Below are positions 36,510-50,492 of a stretch of DNA of 64,000 bases, one piece after another; position 1 is the stretch's first letter; each line of letters starts with the position of its first letter. The notes below the pieces were generated by a model, which was not told the origin of the DNA, did not search any database, and saw only the letters and a program-made list of their open reading frames with translations. The position numbers and the translations under genes were made by a program. Origin of the DNA: Hormiphora californensis. Lineage: Eukaryota > Animalia > Ctenophora. The stretch lies in contig CM035350.1 in NCBI GenBank assembly GCA_020137815.1, positions 7,936,001 to 8,000,000 on the forward strand. The letters run 5' to 3'.

Positions 36510-37112
36510 TTTCAAAAGGGCCTAGACTGTCTTTTTCTATTTTTGTAACTGGTTTATACATGTCCGCTGATCAGTGTCAAATGTGGGTAAAATATTTGGG
36601 ACAATTATTGATGGATAATAATGGATAATGGATGAGAAGTTAGACTACAGAAACTGTGCTGCATCTGGGTCTTTGCACAGGCAAGTTGGTTCATTGTTTG
36701 GCAGCACCAATGGTGCAGATGTATGTGAGTTATCTACGTGTGTACGTAGCTCGATGTTCTAATGAGTGTCAAAATTTATTGTTACCATGTTCGCCATTCG
36801 CATATCTACACAAATTGACACTGAATAAATTCATACGACCCCTCTGATTTATATTTTATCCAACAAGATTTGTCAAAATGCTTCCAGATAGCTTCCAAAC
36901 TTTTCCAAATTAAAACACACTGTCTAAAGTTAAGGGTTCCCGAAGAATGCAATTTATTTATAACAACGTTAATTGTAACATATATTTATGCTTATTTCGT
37001 TTTATTCAATTCAACAAAAAAAGCTGTTTTCTCTTTTCAAAAACACAAAACCTCTCGGTAAAACTTCTTGGTACTTCTGGGAAGAAAAAATCGGAACAAA
37101 AGGTCGGTTATA

Positions 37113-37135
37113 AACCAGATGGTGCCTTGCTAAAC
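37113..37135 (+). promoter_or_regulatory. Conserved upstream motif AACCAGATGGTGCCTTGCTAAAC containing a CAGATG E-box (copy 1)
   Basis: An identical 23-mer occurs at 37894-37916 upstream of paralog 2, while the flanks are dissimilar. Confidence 0.6.
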
Positions 37136-37233
37136 ATATTAGAGAGAATTAACACAATCGCTTTTTCTGTCTGATTCTAAAATTCTCGACTTGGTTCCCA
37201 GCTGTTTCAACCATTTCTCTCTCTCTGTAAATC

Positions 37234-37689
37234 ATGAAGTGTGTTCTATTTGTGTTGTTGGTGGTTGTGGCGGTGGAGGGGTGTAACCACACTTTCATGA
37301 AGAATGGTGCAATCTGTTATTCTGGTAATAACTGTGCCTTTGGATGTCACAATGGAAACTGCTGGAGTCAGTGTGACGGTATGTTGAGAGTAGGAATGAG
37401 GGAGGGAGGGGATAAATTACAGTATTTCCCAGTATTTACATTTTTCAATTAAGATAGTCTGGGAATAGTGTGACTGAAACATCTCTCTGTAGCGGTGTGT
37501 TGCCTAACTACTGACTGTACCGATGGAGATCTGAGCTGCACCAGTGGATGTGCCCTTCCTGAATGGTGCTGGGTTGTGGGAAATAGCTACGATTCACGTG
37601 CTACCTGCAAGACTAATGACGAGTGTGGCCCTGACAATTTCATTAAGTTCCCCTACAAATACAGCTGCAGTGGAGCCTGTAGCGTTTAA
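37234..37689 (+). CDS. Secreted 16-Cys peptide 1 (Tha p 2-like core)
   Basis: Exons 37234-37378 and 37493-37689. Translation MKCVLFVLLVVVAVEG / CNHTFMKNGAICYSGNNCAFGCHNGNCWSQCDAVCCLTTDCTDGDLSCTSGCALPEWCWVVGNSYDSRATCKTNDECGPDNFIKFPYKYSCSGACSV. Confidence 0.9.
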
Positions 37690-37893
37690 ACATAAAACTA
37701 ATATCTCTCAGTTTCTGAATATTTTAATTGTAGCATGAAAAAAACTTTAGATCACTGGCCTTGTGTGTACCTTTTTCCTCCTACCATCCGAATTACCCCT
37801 TATTTCCTAGATAGAATGGAATACTTAGTGTACTTCACTGACCTCTCAATGGCCCCAGAGAATTGGAACAAAAGGCCGGGGCTTTTTAATCCT

Positions 37894-37916
37894 AACCAGA
37901 TGGTGCCTTGCTAAAC
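37894..37916 (+). promoter_or_regulatory. Conserved upstream E-box motif (copy 2)
   Basis: Identical to 37113-37135. Confidence 0.6.
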
Positions 37917-37979
37917 GGATCAGGGAGGATCACCACTATTTAATATCCCTCCATTTCTCTTCATTTATTGTTGAAGAAG

Positions 37980-38418
37980 ATGAAGTGTGTGCTACTTATT
38001 TTAGTCCTGGTGGTGGTTGCGGTGGAGGGGTGTAACCACACGTTCATGAAGAATGGTGCCAGTTGTTATACTGGTAATAACTGTGCCTTTGGATGTCACA
38101 ATGGAAACTGTTGGAGTCAGTGTGACGGTATGTAGATCACAAACCACACCCATGATACATTGGACTAGCGGGCATTCAAGCCTCAAAACACCCCATTCCA
38201 TAACCTAATTCCTCCCCTCAGCGGTGTGTTGCCTCACCACAAACTGTCTGGATGGGGATATGAGTTGCACCAGTGGATGTGCCCTCCCTGAATGGTGCTG
38301 GGTTGTTGGAAATAGCTACGATGACTATGCTACCTGCAAAACCAATGAAGAGTGTGGGCCATACAACAAGAGAAAGTTCCCCTACAAATACAGCTGCAGT
38401 GGAGCTTGCAGTGTGTAA
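37980..38418 (+). CDS. Secreted 16-Cys peptide 2
   Basis: Exons 37980-38127 and 38222-38418. A close paralog of peptide 1 with the same phase-1 intron position but a different intron sequence. Confidence 0.9.
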
Positions 38419-38636
38419 AGTTCCCTTACAAATACAACTGCAGTGGAGCTTGCAGTGTGTAAAGTTCCCTTACAAATACAACTGCAGTGGAGCTTGCAGT
38501 GTGTAAAGTTCCCTTACAAATACAACTGCAGTGGAGCTTGCAGTGTGTAAAGTTCCCTTACAAATACAACTGCAGTGGAGCTTGCAGTGTGTAAAGTTCC
38601 CTTACAAATACAACTGCAGTGGAGCTTGCAGTGTGT
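38373..38636. repeat. 44-bp tandem repeat (6 units) derived from the last codons of peptide 2
   Basis: AAAGTTCCCTTACAAATACAACTGCAGTGGAGCTTGCAGTGTGT is repeated, and the first unit is coding. Confidence 0.9.
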
Positions 38637-38766
38637 AGAGAGTGGAAAAAGAAGACATCACTGATTTACTGCTTTTATTGAAGAAAAATTGATTTTAATA
38701 TTCGTGTCTTCCTCCAGATCACATCATACCCCCACCTCTAACACACCTCTGTTAACATGTTCAGCT

Positions 38767-39229
38767 ATGCGAGGTTTTATGTTGCTAGTGGTTACACTGG
38801 CAGTTACTGTTGAGGCGTGTAACTATGCATTCATGAAGGATGGAGCCCGGTGTGATAGAGAGAATAACTGCACTTACGGGTGCCACAAGTATAGATGTTG
38901 GAGTGAGTGCAATGGTAGGTGTATGCAGCAGTTTACTCTCTTTCTTCTACTCACTCTCTTAATAATGTTTACACACTCAAATGTCTTCGTTAATAGTTTA
39001 CTGTCTCTCTAACATCTCTCCAATCCCAGGAATATGCTGTCTGACCACGGACTGTTTTGACGGAGAGAACCTCAAGTGTGCCCCCAGTTGCTCCATCCCC
39101 GAGTGGTGTTATCTCTCCGGCGATCACTGGGATGGGTATGTTGAGTGTAACCAGAACAGCGAGTGTGGAAAGGACAACAAGGAGAAATTCCCGGGGCAGT
39201 ATCGGTGTGGTTCTACTTGTACCGCGTAG
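38767..39229 (+). CDS. Secreted 16-Cys peptide 3 (more divergent paralog)
   Basis: Exons 38767-38914 and 39030-39229. Translation MRGFMLLVVTLAVTVEA / CNYAFMKDGARCDRENNCTYGCHKYRCWSECNGICCLTTDCFDGENLKCAPSCSIPEWCYLSGDHWDGYVECNQNSECGKDNKEKFPGQYRCGSTCTA. Confidence 0.9.
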
Positions 39230-39843
39230 AGAGGGAGAATTAAGGTGGGGTGTTATCTAACAAAGGAAGGGAGGAGGATGAGTTGGGAGGCTGTTATTTT
39301 ATCTCTCATGTGTAGTATTTATCTCAGCTGAAATAAAATATTTGTGTTATGATTTGGGTGTAGAGAAATATCACCAGGCCAAAAATACACAGTTGTAGTG
39401 ACAAGATAAACAATGAAACATTTGCAACTCACTTGAAACTACTGTAGATTCTCAAAGCATTCTTTTTCAAACACCACGTATGTCATTTTCATCCCCTTTC
39501 CCACACAGTTTCAATCCACTGCCACAATATCTCGTATCCCGGATGGACTTTGAAGTCTCCGTTTCAATCGCAAAATCGTGACGCCAGCTTGTGTCATCCT
39601 AAAATCGGGAAGTGATGCGCTGAGATCATACCGCACAGTGAGTCGCGCGTTACATCAGGTCAAACACAGAGGAATGTAGGCGGGGATTGGGAGAAGGATG
39701 GAAACTGATACCGGGATTTGAGACAACACAGGGGAGAAGGATCAGGGAAACACAGTACGGAGCGAAAACTGAATCGGGGGTCAGAGGATATGTTACTGAG
39801 GAGAGAAACAATGATATCTGTAAAAGAAAATAATATAGTTTAA

Positions 39844-41233
39844 GGGTACGCTAACCAAAAATTTTTTTCGAGTGCAGGGAAATCTCTCACCGTAGGGTTG
39901 TAGGCCATACCAAGGAGACCTCAAATATGCAATTTTAGCCCTTAAGTCGAATTCATATTTTTGCTACAGCTGTTTAAAAAATGTCCTGAAAATACGTTTT
40001 TGGCATCTCAAAAATTTTTTTTCAAAGATAGGAGCATGAAAATTTGGGGATTTGAAGAGGACATGAAGGTGAATAACCACAAAAATTTTTTTTGCAATCC
40101 GAGCTGATTTCCGGTCCTGAGATGGATTTCTTTTTTTCCACTTTAACGCCCTATTTGGCAAAGTTCCGAAAACATGTGAAAGCTGTAAATTGGTGAAAAG
40201 TTGCGTCTAACGATTATCTAAGTGGCCATAAATTTTGGGCGTGTCCTTATTTGAGATAAGCTGTACGGAGTTTTTTTTGTGAAAGCCGTCATTTCAGAAA
40301 TAAATAAATTCCCTGTATCTCAAAAACGGCTAATCGTAGAGACCTGAGACTATGCTTAAACGATTCAGAAGGTCCGATTTTGGGGGGGTCTTCTGAGAGA
40401 CATTTTGCTCCTACTTCAACCGTTTTTGCTGTAATTGCGAAAAACAATAACCCATCTTCGCCATCGTGGATTTTTTGTGATTTTGTTTTTGATGATTATA
40501 GGGACCCATATGGACCAAATAGTGAAGGAATTAGCTTGTTAAACATTTTTCCATAGTTTCGGTCCTTTCTTAGCTAAAATTCCCTAATTACAGGATATTG
40601 GAGTTTAGCTTTTGCCCTTTTCATAGAATTTGTTTTTCGCAATTACAGCAAAAACGGTTGAAGTAGGAGCAAAATGTCTCTCAGAAGACCCCCCCAAAAT
40701 CGGACCTTCTGAATCGTTTAAGCATAGTCTCAGGTCTCTACGATCAGCCGTTTTTGAGATACAGGGAATTTATTTATTTCTGAAATGACGGCTTTCACAA
40801 AAAAAATTCTGTACAGCTTATCTCAAATAAGGACACGCCCAAAATTTATGGCCACTTAGATAATCGTTAGACGCAACTTTTCACCAATTTACAGCTTTCA
40901 CATATTTTCGGAACTTTGCCAAATAGGGCGTTAAAGTGGAAAAAAAGAAATCCATCTCAGGACCGGAAATCAGCTCGGATTGCAAAAAAAAATTTTGTGG
41001 TTATTCACCTTCATGTCCTCTTCAAATCCCCAAATTTTCATGCTCCTATCTTTGAAAAATAATTTTTGAGATGCCAAAAACGTATTTTCAGGACATTTTT
41101 TAAACAGCTGTAGCAAAAATATGAATTCGACTTAAGGGCTAAAATTGCATATTTGAGGTCTCCTTGGTATGGCCTACAACCCTACGGTGAGAGATTTCCC
41201 TGCACTCGAAAAAAAATTTTGGTTAGCGTACCC
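39844..41233. mobile_element. Palindromic non-autonomous DNA transposon with TTAA target duplication (Kolobok-like GG termini)
   Basis: Ends TTAA|GGGTACGCTAACC ... GGTTAGCGTACCC|TTAA. Near-identical ~600-bp inverted arms at 39844-40447 and 40630-41233 enclose a ~180-bp spacer. Confidence 0.88.
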
Positions 41234-41284
41234 TTAAAATGGTCATATAATAAGTTAAGTAAAAACATTAGAAAACTAACATTA

Positions 41285-44200
41285 TCAAGATATAATCTCC
41301 CTACAAATGCCCTGTTCTGCCAATTCCTTCTGAATTTTAGACTTTCTAATTCCTAACACCTTCTCAAAGAGTCGCTTTATTAATCTCACAGTGCCAGGGT
41401 CAGTACCTGGACAATAAAGCTGGGTAAAACACAGCTGTAGTACATGGCGTCGTGCCAAGATCTGATAGTCATTCTCATCTCTCACCGCACAACACAACAT
41501 GTCCAGTAACCAATTCTGTTCGTGTCTGTAGGTGGAGCCCTCCGAGCTACAGAACATCTTGTAAAACATTGGCACATCGCCAAAATCAAATACAGCTCTC
41601 TGTAGGAGGAAGTGACAGACCGATGTAAAGAGAGACTTGTGGGGTGTGAACAGTGTCTGGAGGACAATACCAATAAAGTAAGCAATCAAGTGGGGGATTC
41701 TCTGGCATTTCTCAGTCACTGAATTCTCTAACATTTTCAGGAGATGTAGACACATGGCTCGCTCCTTGAACTTCTCTCCCTCACAAAGCTGCAGGATGGC
41801 CTCTAGACACCTATATCCCACCGTCCTGGTGACGAGATCGTAACTTGACAGGGAGAGGAAGGCGACCCGGGAAATGGGACTCGCCAAGATGGTCCTACAT
41901 TCCATTTCACCATGGGTACACACGTGATATAGGAGAGATAGGATGAACTCAGCACTATAGGTCGGGGTTGGGGGAGGCGGGGCGTCCGTTGTTAAAGGGA
42001 AGTTATTGATCAACCCAGTCAGTAGCCCAGTATCCAACCCCTCCAGGACCTTGCAGCTATACTCGTTGTACAGGGTGATATTCTTAATCCCCCTCATCTC
42101 GGGTACGTGCTCAGGCCCATAAGCGAAGGGGTATTTGGAAGTTACACCCTTCTGTTGGAGTAGTTTCAGGATGTTTAACAGACACTGATCAGCTGGGGAT
42201 GTGGTTGCAGTGTATGCTGCTTGGAAGAGAGAGTAGAGGGAGTCTGTGAGGGAGGAGTCATCCACCTTACCACTGCTAAGTAGGGTGTAGAGAAGGTTTG
42301 CTGTGTCATGTTTCACATCCCCATTCTCCCCAACTAAACCCCGTGAGGTGGACACCAGGGTAAGGAGGGTCTGGCTGATGGAGGAGGAAGGTAGGATGTC
42401 CTGGAATGTTAGGACCAGGTGCGTTGCTATGCGCAGTTCATCTGAGGTAGGTTCGGTTGCTAGGGAACCAAGGACACCCTCACATTTCCGTCTGGTAAAC
42501 ACGGGAAGTGTTTTCTCGAATATTGAGACGTAGGAGGAGAGGAAGAGGGAGCATACCTCCTCATTTCCACATGACACCATCCACTCAAAGATCTGTTTCA
42601 GCCATTTCTTACTCCGCAAACAGCCCGATAACTTTGCGGCTAGCTCAAACGCATCAGAAATAAAGAAAGCAGCAGATGACTTTTCTAGGAAGGCTTCCTC
42701 CAAGACAGCATCTGCATGTTCTTTGGTTACCATGGTAACGCTAGATAACAATAGCCCTCTCCTATTTTGAGGAAGTTTCATGAAACACTCAAAGGTAACA
42801 GCAATCTTGGTGCTTGCTGGTTCGTGAGAAGCTGACAGGACTTCTTCAATTAGTTTTCCTGCTAACAACTCCCACTCACATTCAGATTGAGCCATCCGTT
42901 CATGAATGCTCTTCAAGGTAGATTTAGGAAGTTTCTCAAGGAACAAAGTGAATGAGGCTGCTTCTTCCTCTCCCATTCCCTGGTACCACCGAGCAAGGAA
43001 CCCACCATGTCTAATGGGATATTTATTCTGGAGGAGGCCCAGCAACTCCTCCGTTGGTGTCGGAGTGGGGTTAGGAACAAATGTATTCCGGTGCTCCTTT
43101 GCAAAGTTATTTATCCCCTCAAAACTCCCCACAGCCTCTGTCACAGAAAACATAGGCAGTATCGTTGAACCTCGGAGATGTGATGTTACTATTTTAAGTA
43201 CCAGCTGATCTCCTAAAGTCTCCCTCTGGGCGATACACTGCATTGTTGCCAGGGGTGAAATGGTAGCCTTTTCACCGGCTAGATAGTAGTCCCACAACTC
43301 CCTCAGAAGAGCAGGGGTCAGACCATCCCCTGACATTATTCCTTCCCCTCCCTCTTTTATAAACTCCAGATTTATCTTCAACTCAGGTTTGCTTTGTGAC
43401 AAATCTTCAAGGATGACTTTTTTGAGTTCAGAGTATGGTTTCACGATTCCATTCAGGCTAGGTCCCATTTCCAGAATAGACATCACAATTTCTGGGTATT
43501 TAACTTTGTTTAGATCCAAGATACGCCGCATAAACCTCACTCTTGCTCCCTCTCCTTCCTCTAACTCAGCTAGAACGTTCTCGGAAAGGATGTTCCTCTG
43601 AGACAGGAACTTGAAGAGGATATCCTCCGGAGCGACAGAGAGAAGTGTATAGAGATCCTTGTTTGAAGGAGTTTCCTGGAGGGTCGACATAACCCGTCCC
43701 TCAGCAACACAATACGGATCAATGGTCAGGTAGGGGAGGATATCAGTAGTAGGAGATAGTTCAGGGAGTTGAAATAGGGCTTGTTGGGCCAAGTGTGGTC
43801 TGTGTTCTCTCAACTCTTGGACTACCAATGCAGTTGATTGGAGGACCTCTCTCACAATCACCCCATCCCCCACAGCAGGCCCTTTTTTGTCTAGGAATTG
43901 TGACAGAACAGGTGGAATAAGATAATCCAAGATCTGTTTGTCTGTAACTTCGGACGTCACTTTAGACAGGGCAATGCCTAAAGAGGAGGTTGGTTTTAGG
44001 CCACTGTCAACGGTTGAGTCCCCACTTCTCACTGCCAAAACAGATTCCAGTAACACCAGATCTGGTTCAGTTTTGGATAGGATGGTTGTAATAACCTGGA
44101 AGGGCACCTCAGGACACCTAGCGGACACCTCAATAATGAGGGATTCAGGTAGAGATGGAGCGTTGCGGAGGAAAGAGAGGAGAATGGGGTTACTGGTTGT

Positions 44201-45046
44201 AGAACCGAATATGTCACTCGCTGAGCTGTCGAAGATAATACCCGATTTAACATCAAATAGAAGAGAAAAGAACTTTTCGGTGAGACTTTTTAACTCGGTG
44301 TGTATCCCTTCTTCAGTTAAAAACTTGGAAATGTTAACCAGGACAGGAACGGCAAAAAACTGACATTTTATCTTCTTTTGGATTGAGTATTTTTCAAAGA
44401 CAAACTCAGTCAGAACACGCATCATTTCCACTCTCAACTCAGTAGATTCCTTGTTCAGGCACCTTGTCATGTTCTTCAGCACATTTTTCATTGCCATGAA
44501 CTTCACACGCAGCTCATTAGACGGTACACACAGAAAGGACATGAGGAACCTGACGGCCAGCTCGTGTGTTGACCCTGACTGAGAGAGGAGCTGTCGAAGA
44601 GCCGCATTTCCAAAGTTGAAGTTATCCAGGAGCAGCTTCGTGACAGGTGTTCCCAGGAGGTTTAGGTAAATCAAGAACTGGAGACAGTTGGACCGACCCG
44701 GCACTGATGCATACCTACTTAGGCAACCGTATACAGAGTGTATCCGCTCCTTAAGTACCTTTCTTGCAATTGCTATAGCTTGGGTTTGGAAATGGGTGTG
44801 TTCAGAGAGGACGGTTTGGAAGACGGTAGCTAGGAGTTGGAAAACAGGACCTGATTGGGCGTGTTGTCCTGTCCCAGAATCCCACCATTCGAACACCTCA
44901 GTTAGTGAGGGTGACTGAGTGAGCAGAAAGGGGAGTTGGGATGAGTCCGATTTTATAAGGTTAACCAGGGTCAGAATGGGCTGCGAATCGGTGCCATCGT
45001 CGCCTTTGATTAGCTTCAGAATTCTGTTTACTTCACCTGCCGCCAT
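41285..45046 (-). CDS. URB1: Nucleolar pre-ribosomal-associated protein 1 (URB1/Npa1)-like, single exon, 1253 aa
   Basis: N-terminal Npa1-like region (SIQKKIKCQFF, NPILLSFL) and C-terminal NopRA1-like region (FLSLSSYD...R, FLLQRAVFDFGDVPMFYKMFCSS...YRHEQNWLLDML...D..DYQIL.RRHV). Confidence 0.8.
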   Translation of the reverse strand: MAAGEVNRILKLIKGDDGTDSQPILTLVNLIKSDSSQLPFLLTQSPSLTEVFEWWDSGTGQHAQSGPVFQLLATVFQTVLSEHTHFQTQAIAIARKVLKERIHSVYGCLSRYASVPGRSNCLQFLIYLNLLGTPVTKLLLDNFNFGNAALRQLLSQSGSTHELAVRFLMSFLCVPSNELRVKFMAMKNVLKNMTRCLNKESTELRVEMMRVLTEFVFEKYSIQKKIKCQFFAVPVLVNISKFLTEEGIHTELKSLTEKFFSLLFDVKSGIIFDSSASDIFGSTTSNPILLSFLRNAPSLPESLIIEVSARCPEVPFQVITTILSKTEPDLVLLESVLAVRSGDSTVDSGLKPTSSLGIALSKVTSEVTDKQILDYLIPPVLSQFLDKKGPAVGDGVIVREVLQSTALVVQELREHRPHLAQQALFQLPELSPTTDILPYLTIDPYCVAEGRVMSTLQETPSNKDLYTLLSVAPEDILFKFLSQRNILSENVLAELEEGEGARVRFMRRILDLNKVKYPEIVMSILEMGPSLNGIVKPYSELKKVILEDLSQSKPELKINLEFIKEGGEGIMSGDGLTPALLRELWDYYLAGEKATISPLATMQCIAQRETLGDQLVLKIVTSHLRGSTILPMFSVTEAVGSFEGINNFAKEHRNTFVPNPTPTPTEELLGLLQNKYPIRHGGFLARWYQGMGEEEAASFTLFLEKLPKSTLKSIHERMAQSECEWELLAGKLIEEVLSASHEPASTKIAVTFECFMKLPQNRRGLLLSSVTMVTKEHADAVLEEAFLEKSSAAFFISDAFELAAKLSGCLRSKKWLKQIFEWMVSCGNEEVCSLFLSSYVSIFEKTLPVFTRRKCEGVLGSLATEPTSDELRIATHLVLTFQDILPSSSISQTLLTLVSTSRGLVGENGDVKHDTANLLYTLLSSGKVDDSSLTDSLYSLFQAAYTATTSPADQCLLNILKLLQQKGVTSKYPFAYGPEHVPEMRGIKNITLYNEYSCKVLEGLDTGLLTGLINNFPLTTDAPPPPTPTYSAEFILSLLYHVCTHGEMECRTILASPISRVAFLSLSSYDLVTRTVGYRCLEAILQLCEGEKFKERAMCLHLLKMLENSVTEKCQRIPHLIAYFIGIVLQTLFTPHKSLFTSVCHFLLQRAVFDFGDVPMFYKMFCSSEGSTYRHEQNWLLDMLCCAVRDENDYQILARRHVLQLCFTQLYCPGTDPGTVRLIKRLFEKVLGIRKSKIQKELAEQGICREIIS

Positions 45047-45250
45047 TCTAGATAGAGGATTATTTGATAAGTGATCCAGTCTTGATCAGTTAAATTAAAA
45101 CAATAAAATATTGAATGCTGTAGATATTAGAGAAGTAAAGATCATAAACAAGCTCGACAGAACAATAGTAAAAATACTTGAAATTGGTTATGTATAAATT
45201 GTGTATTCAGTTTTCCCATGTGAGTTCGTTAATCACTCAGTGCTATTATT

Positions 45251-45535
45251 TCATTTGCCTCCCGCGGCAGCCTCAGCTTTCTTAGCAGCTGCTTTTGCTT
45301 GTTTCTCTCTCATAGCTGCGGCATCTCGCTCCTCTCTCTGAGCCCGAGTCAGTCCTTTGTTACCTTCTGTTTCGCTCGAACCTGCATAGGAAAACGTGTT
45401 AGGAATGACAGCGCTATTAAGCCAACTAATATGCCGTGATTTGAACTGAAAATTGAATTACTTACTTTTATTCTTGTTCCCATTTTTCTTTGCATTCTTC
45501 TCCCTTGCAAGATCACGCTGGTTTCCACGAGCCAT
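45251..45535 (-). CDS. SERF: Small EDRK-rich factor (SERF/4F5/MOAG-4), 2 exons; absent from the ORF track
   Basis: Exons 45535-45466 and 45381-45251. Translation MARGNQRDLAREKNAKKNGNKNKSSSETEGNKGLTRAQREERDAAAMREKQAKAAAKKAEAAAGGK. Confidence 0.93.
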
Positions 45536-45820
45536 GAGGGTGGTTAATCAAGAACACTATGGAACGTTAAACATGGTGGTTATCTTAAGTACAAATAAAT
45601 GGCCCGCGAGGAGTCAAGACTCAAGTAGACTAATGTTCATTGTGTTTAGTTCTTTATAAAAGAAAACAATTTTCTAAGGTTGCGAAAGTTAATAATATCG
45701 AGTATTTATATCCCGCTATCATGCGTTAAATATGCTAGTTCACTACTCGTTTATACTATGTAGAACTTAAAGATGTACTTAAAGAACACCGAGATTATCG
45801 TTAAAACTAACACCGCGTCT

Positions 45821-46093
45821 AAAGTCCGATTTTTAATAATGTGAACGGGGGGCGCGCATTAAATTTCACTTAATTCCATTTGCGCGTGCTAAATTCTGTT
45901 CCTGATAAGATAGAGACTTTTCATTGGTCGCATTGGAAAGATACAGTTTCTTTCTTTCCAACGCAACCAAGATCAAGTCTTTATCTTATCAGGAGCCAGA
46001 GATATGATCGAAACAAACGAAGAAAAACTTTCCCACGGTGCGTGGGAAAGTTTTTTGCGCGCCCCCCGTTCACATTATTAAAAATCAGACTAT
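45821..46093. mobile_element. MITE of ~270 bp with 36-bp TIRs (Tc1/mariner-like)
   Basis: AGTCCGATTTTTAATAATGTGAACGGGGGGCGCGCA and its inverse at 46056-46091 differ by one mismatch. The internal CCTGATAAGATAGAGAC motif is shared with the repeat at ~23910. Confidence 0.8.
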
Positions 46094-47444
46094 ATATAGC
46101 GGCCATGATAAAGTTTCATCATTTATTTATTATCTCTGATATACATTACAATATAACATGTAATATTGCACCTTCTTGCGTGCTGAAGAACTGGTACTCG
46201 GATTGTTCTGAACATGAAAAGATAGTCTGTTTGTGATGGTTTTCAATGGAAAGGTAGTTAGATTAGGTTAAAATGGGCATGCTGCTGATAGAATATTAAG
46301 TTAATGATAGTGATTAAATTAATAAGATAAAATAGTGTAGATAAGTTAATGCTGTTAAGATTTAAAATAAGTGTAGATAAGTATTAATAAATAGTAGATA
46401 GAAATATAAAATATGCTGATCGAAGGGTAATAATAAGTTAATTAATAGAATAAAATCAACATTATAATTTAATAAGTATAAAAATATTGTAAAACAGTAT
46501 ACAGTGTTGAAACAGTATACAGTGTTGAAACAGTATACAGCGGTAAAACTGTGGTAATAAAACAGTATTATATCACTGCGCTGGCAAGCGCAAAGGTGAC
46601 CCCATTCCATCCCCCCAAAAACTTTTCCCGAAAAAGTGGGCCCGCTTGCCAACAGCGTAGATATAACAATTTTGAAGTTTCATCAAAACCAGGGGCGGGT
46701 GAGAACAGTTGAAAAAAAGGAACTTAACTGAGGTTTACAAGCAAGATATGAGCGCGGTAAGTCCTGGAAACATCTCTAACGTGGCGTAAGTTGCAGTGTT
46801 CTACCACTTTGGCCGCTGGGGCCTTCAGAGGGTGGCAAACCGTGAATGACTTTTTTCATTTTCGAGCACTTGAAAATTGCTCTTGAAATTTAAAAAAAAT
46901 ATAAACAACGCGCACAGAATACAGGTATCTGCGCGGCTTTACATTTGCGCGCGACAAAATGACGTCATCAAGGAGCGCCTCCGTGTGAATGAAGCAAATA
47001 ACATACGTCTTTTGACAAGGCCAACCTGCTGCTCGTCTGACGAGTAATCCGAAATAGGCGAAAATCATGCCAACCGGTTTATTGCGTTGGTTAAAAATCA
47101 CAATCGGCTCAATACAAATCGAATCAAAATTTGGTGTACCATTACAATATATCTCAGTCAGTATATCTGACTCTAACACAAAGAGTGTACTCACCCCATC
47201 TTGGTTAAAAACCAAGAGATCATATATATCCAAAAGGTATACAGGATAAAAAACACCTCTCTCACCTCAACTGCACACTACACATAGATTGTTTTGCTGA
47301 AATATTCTAAAGATCAATTAAAAGAGCGCTACCCCTACAACACACAAAAACACTACACAAAAAGCAGTTTATTCCGTGTGTCCGTGTATCTATAAAAGAG
47401 AGATAGTTCTATATGAACCCTGTTTGTTGGAGACAGTCCAATTA

Positions 47445-50110
<2,666 letters not shown>

Positions 50111-50346
50111 TCCTGCTTCATCGTGCCATCTCGTCTAGATACACAGAGGTAGGAAATTAGGACTATTACTACTATACAATCAGGATGGGGAAATGGGGTG
50201 GGGGGGGGGGGGGGTCATTTAGAAACTCGAAGAGAAGAAATTGGTGGTGTGTGTGTGTGTGTGTGTGTTTATTTTGTCGGCTTGTATTACTACTGCGTGT
50301 AAAGATACACACCCACACTCTCAATCTAGAGATCGACAGAATATGT

Positions 50347-50492
<146 letters not shown>

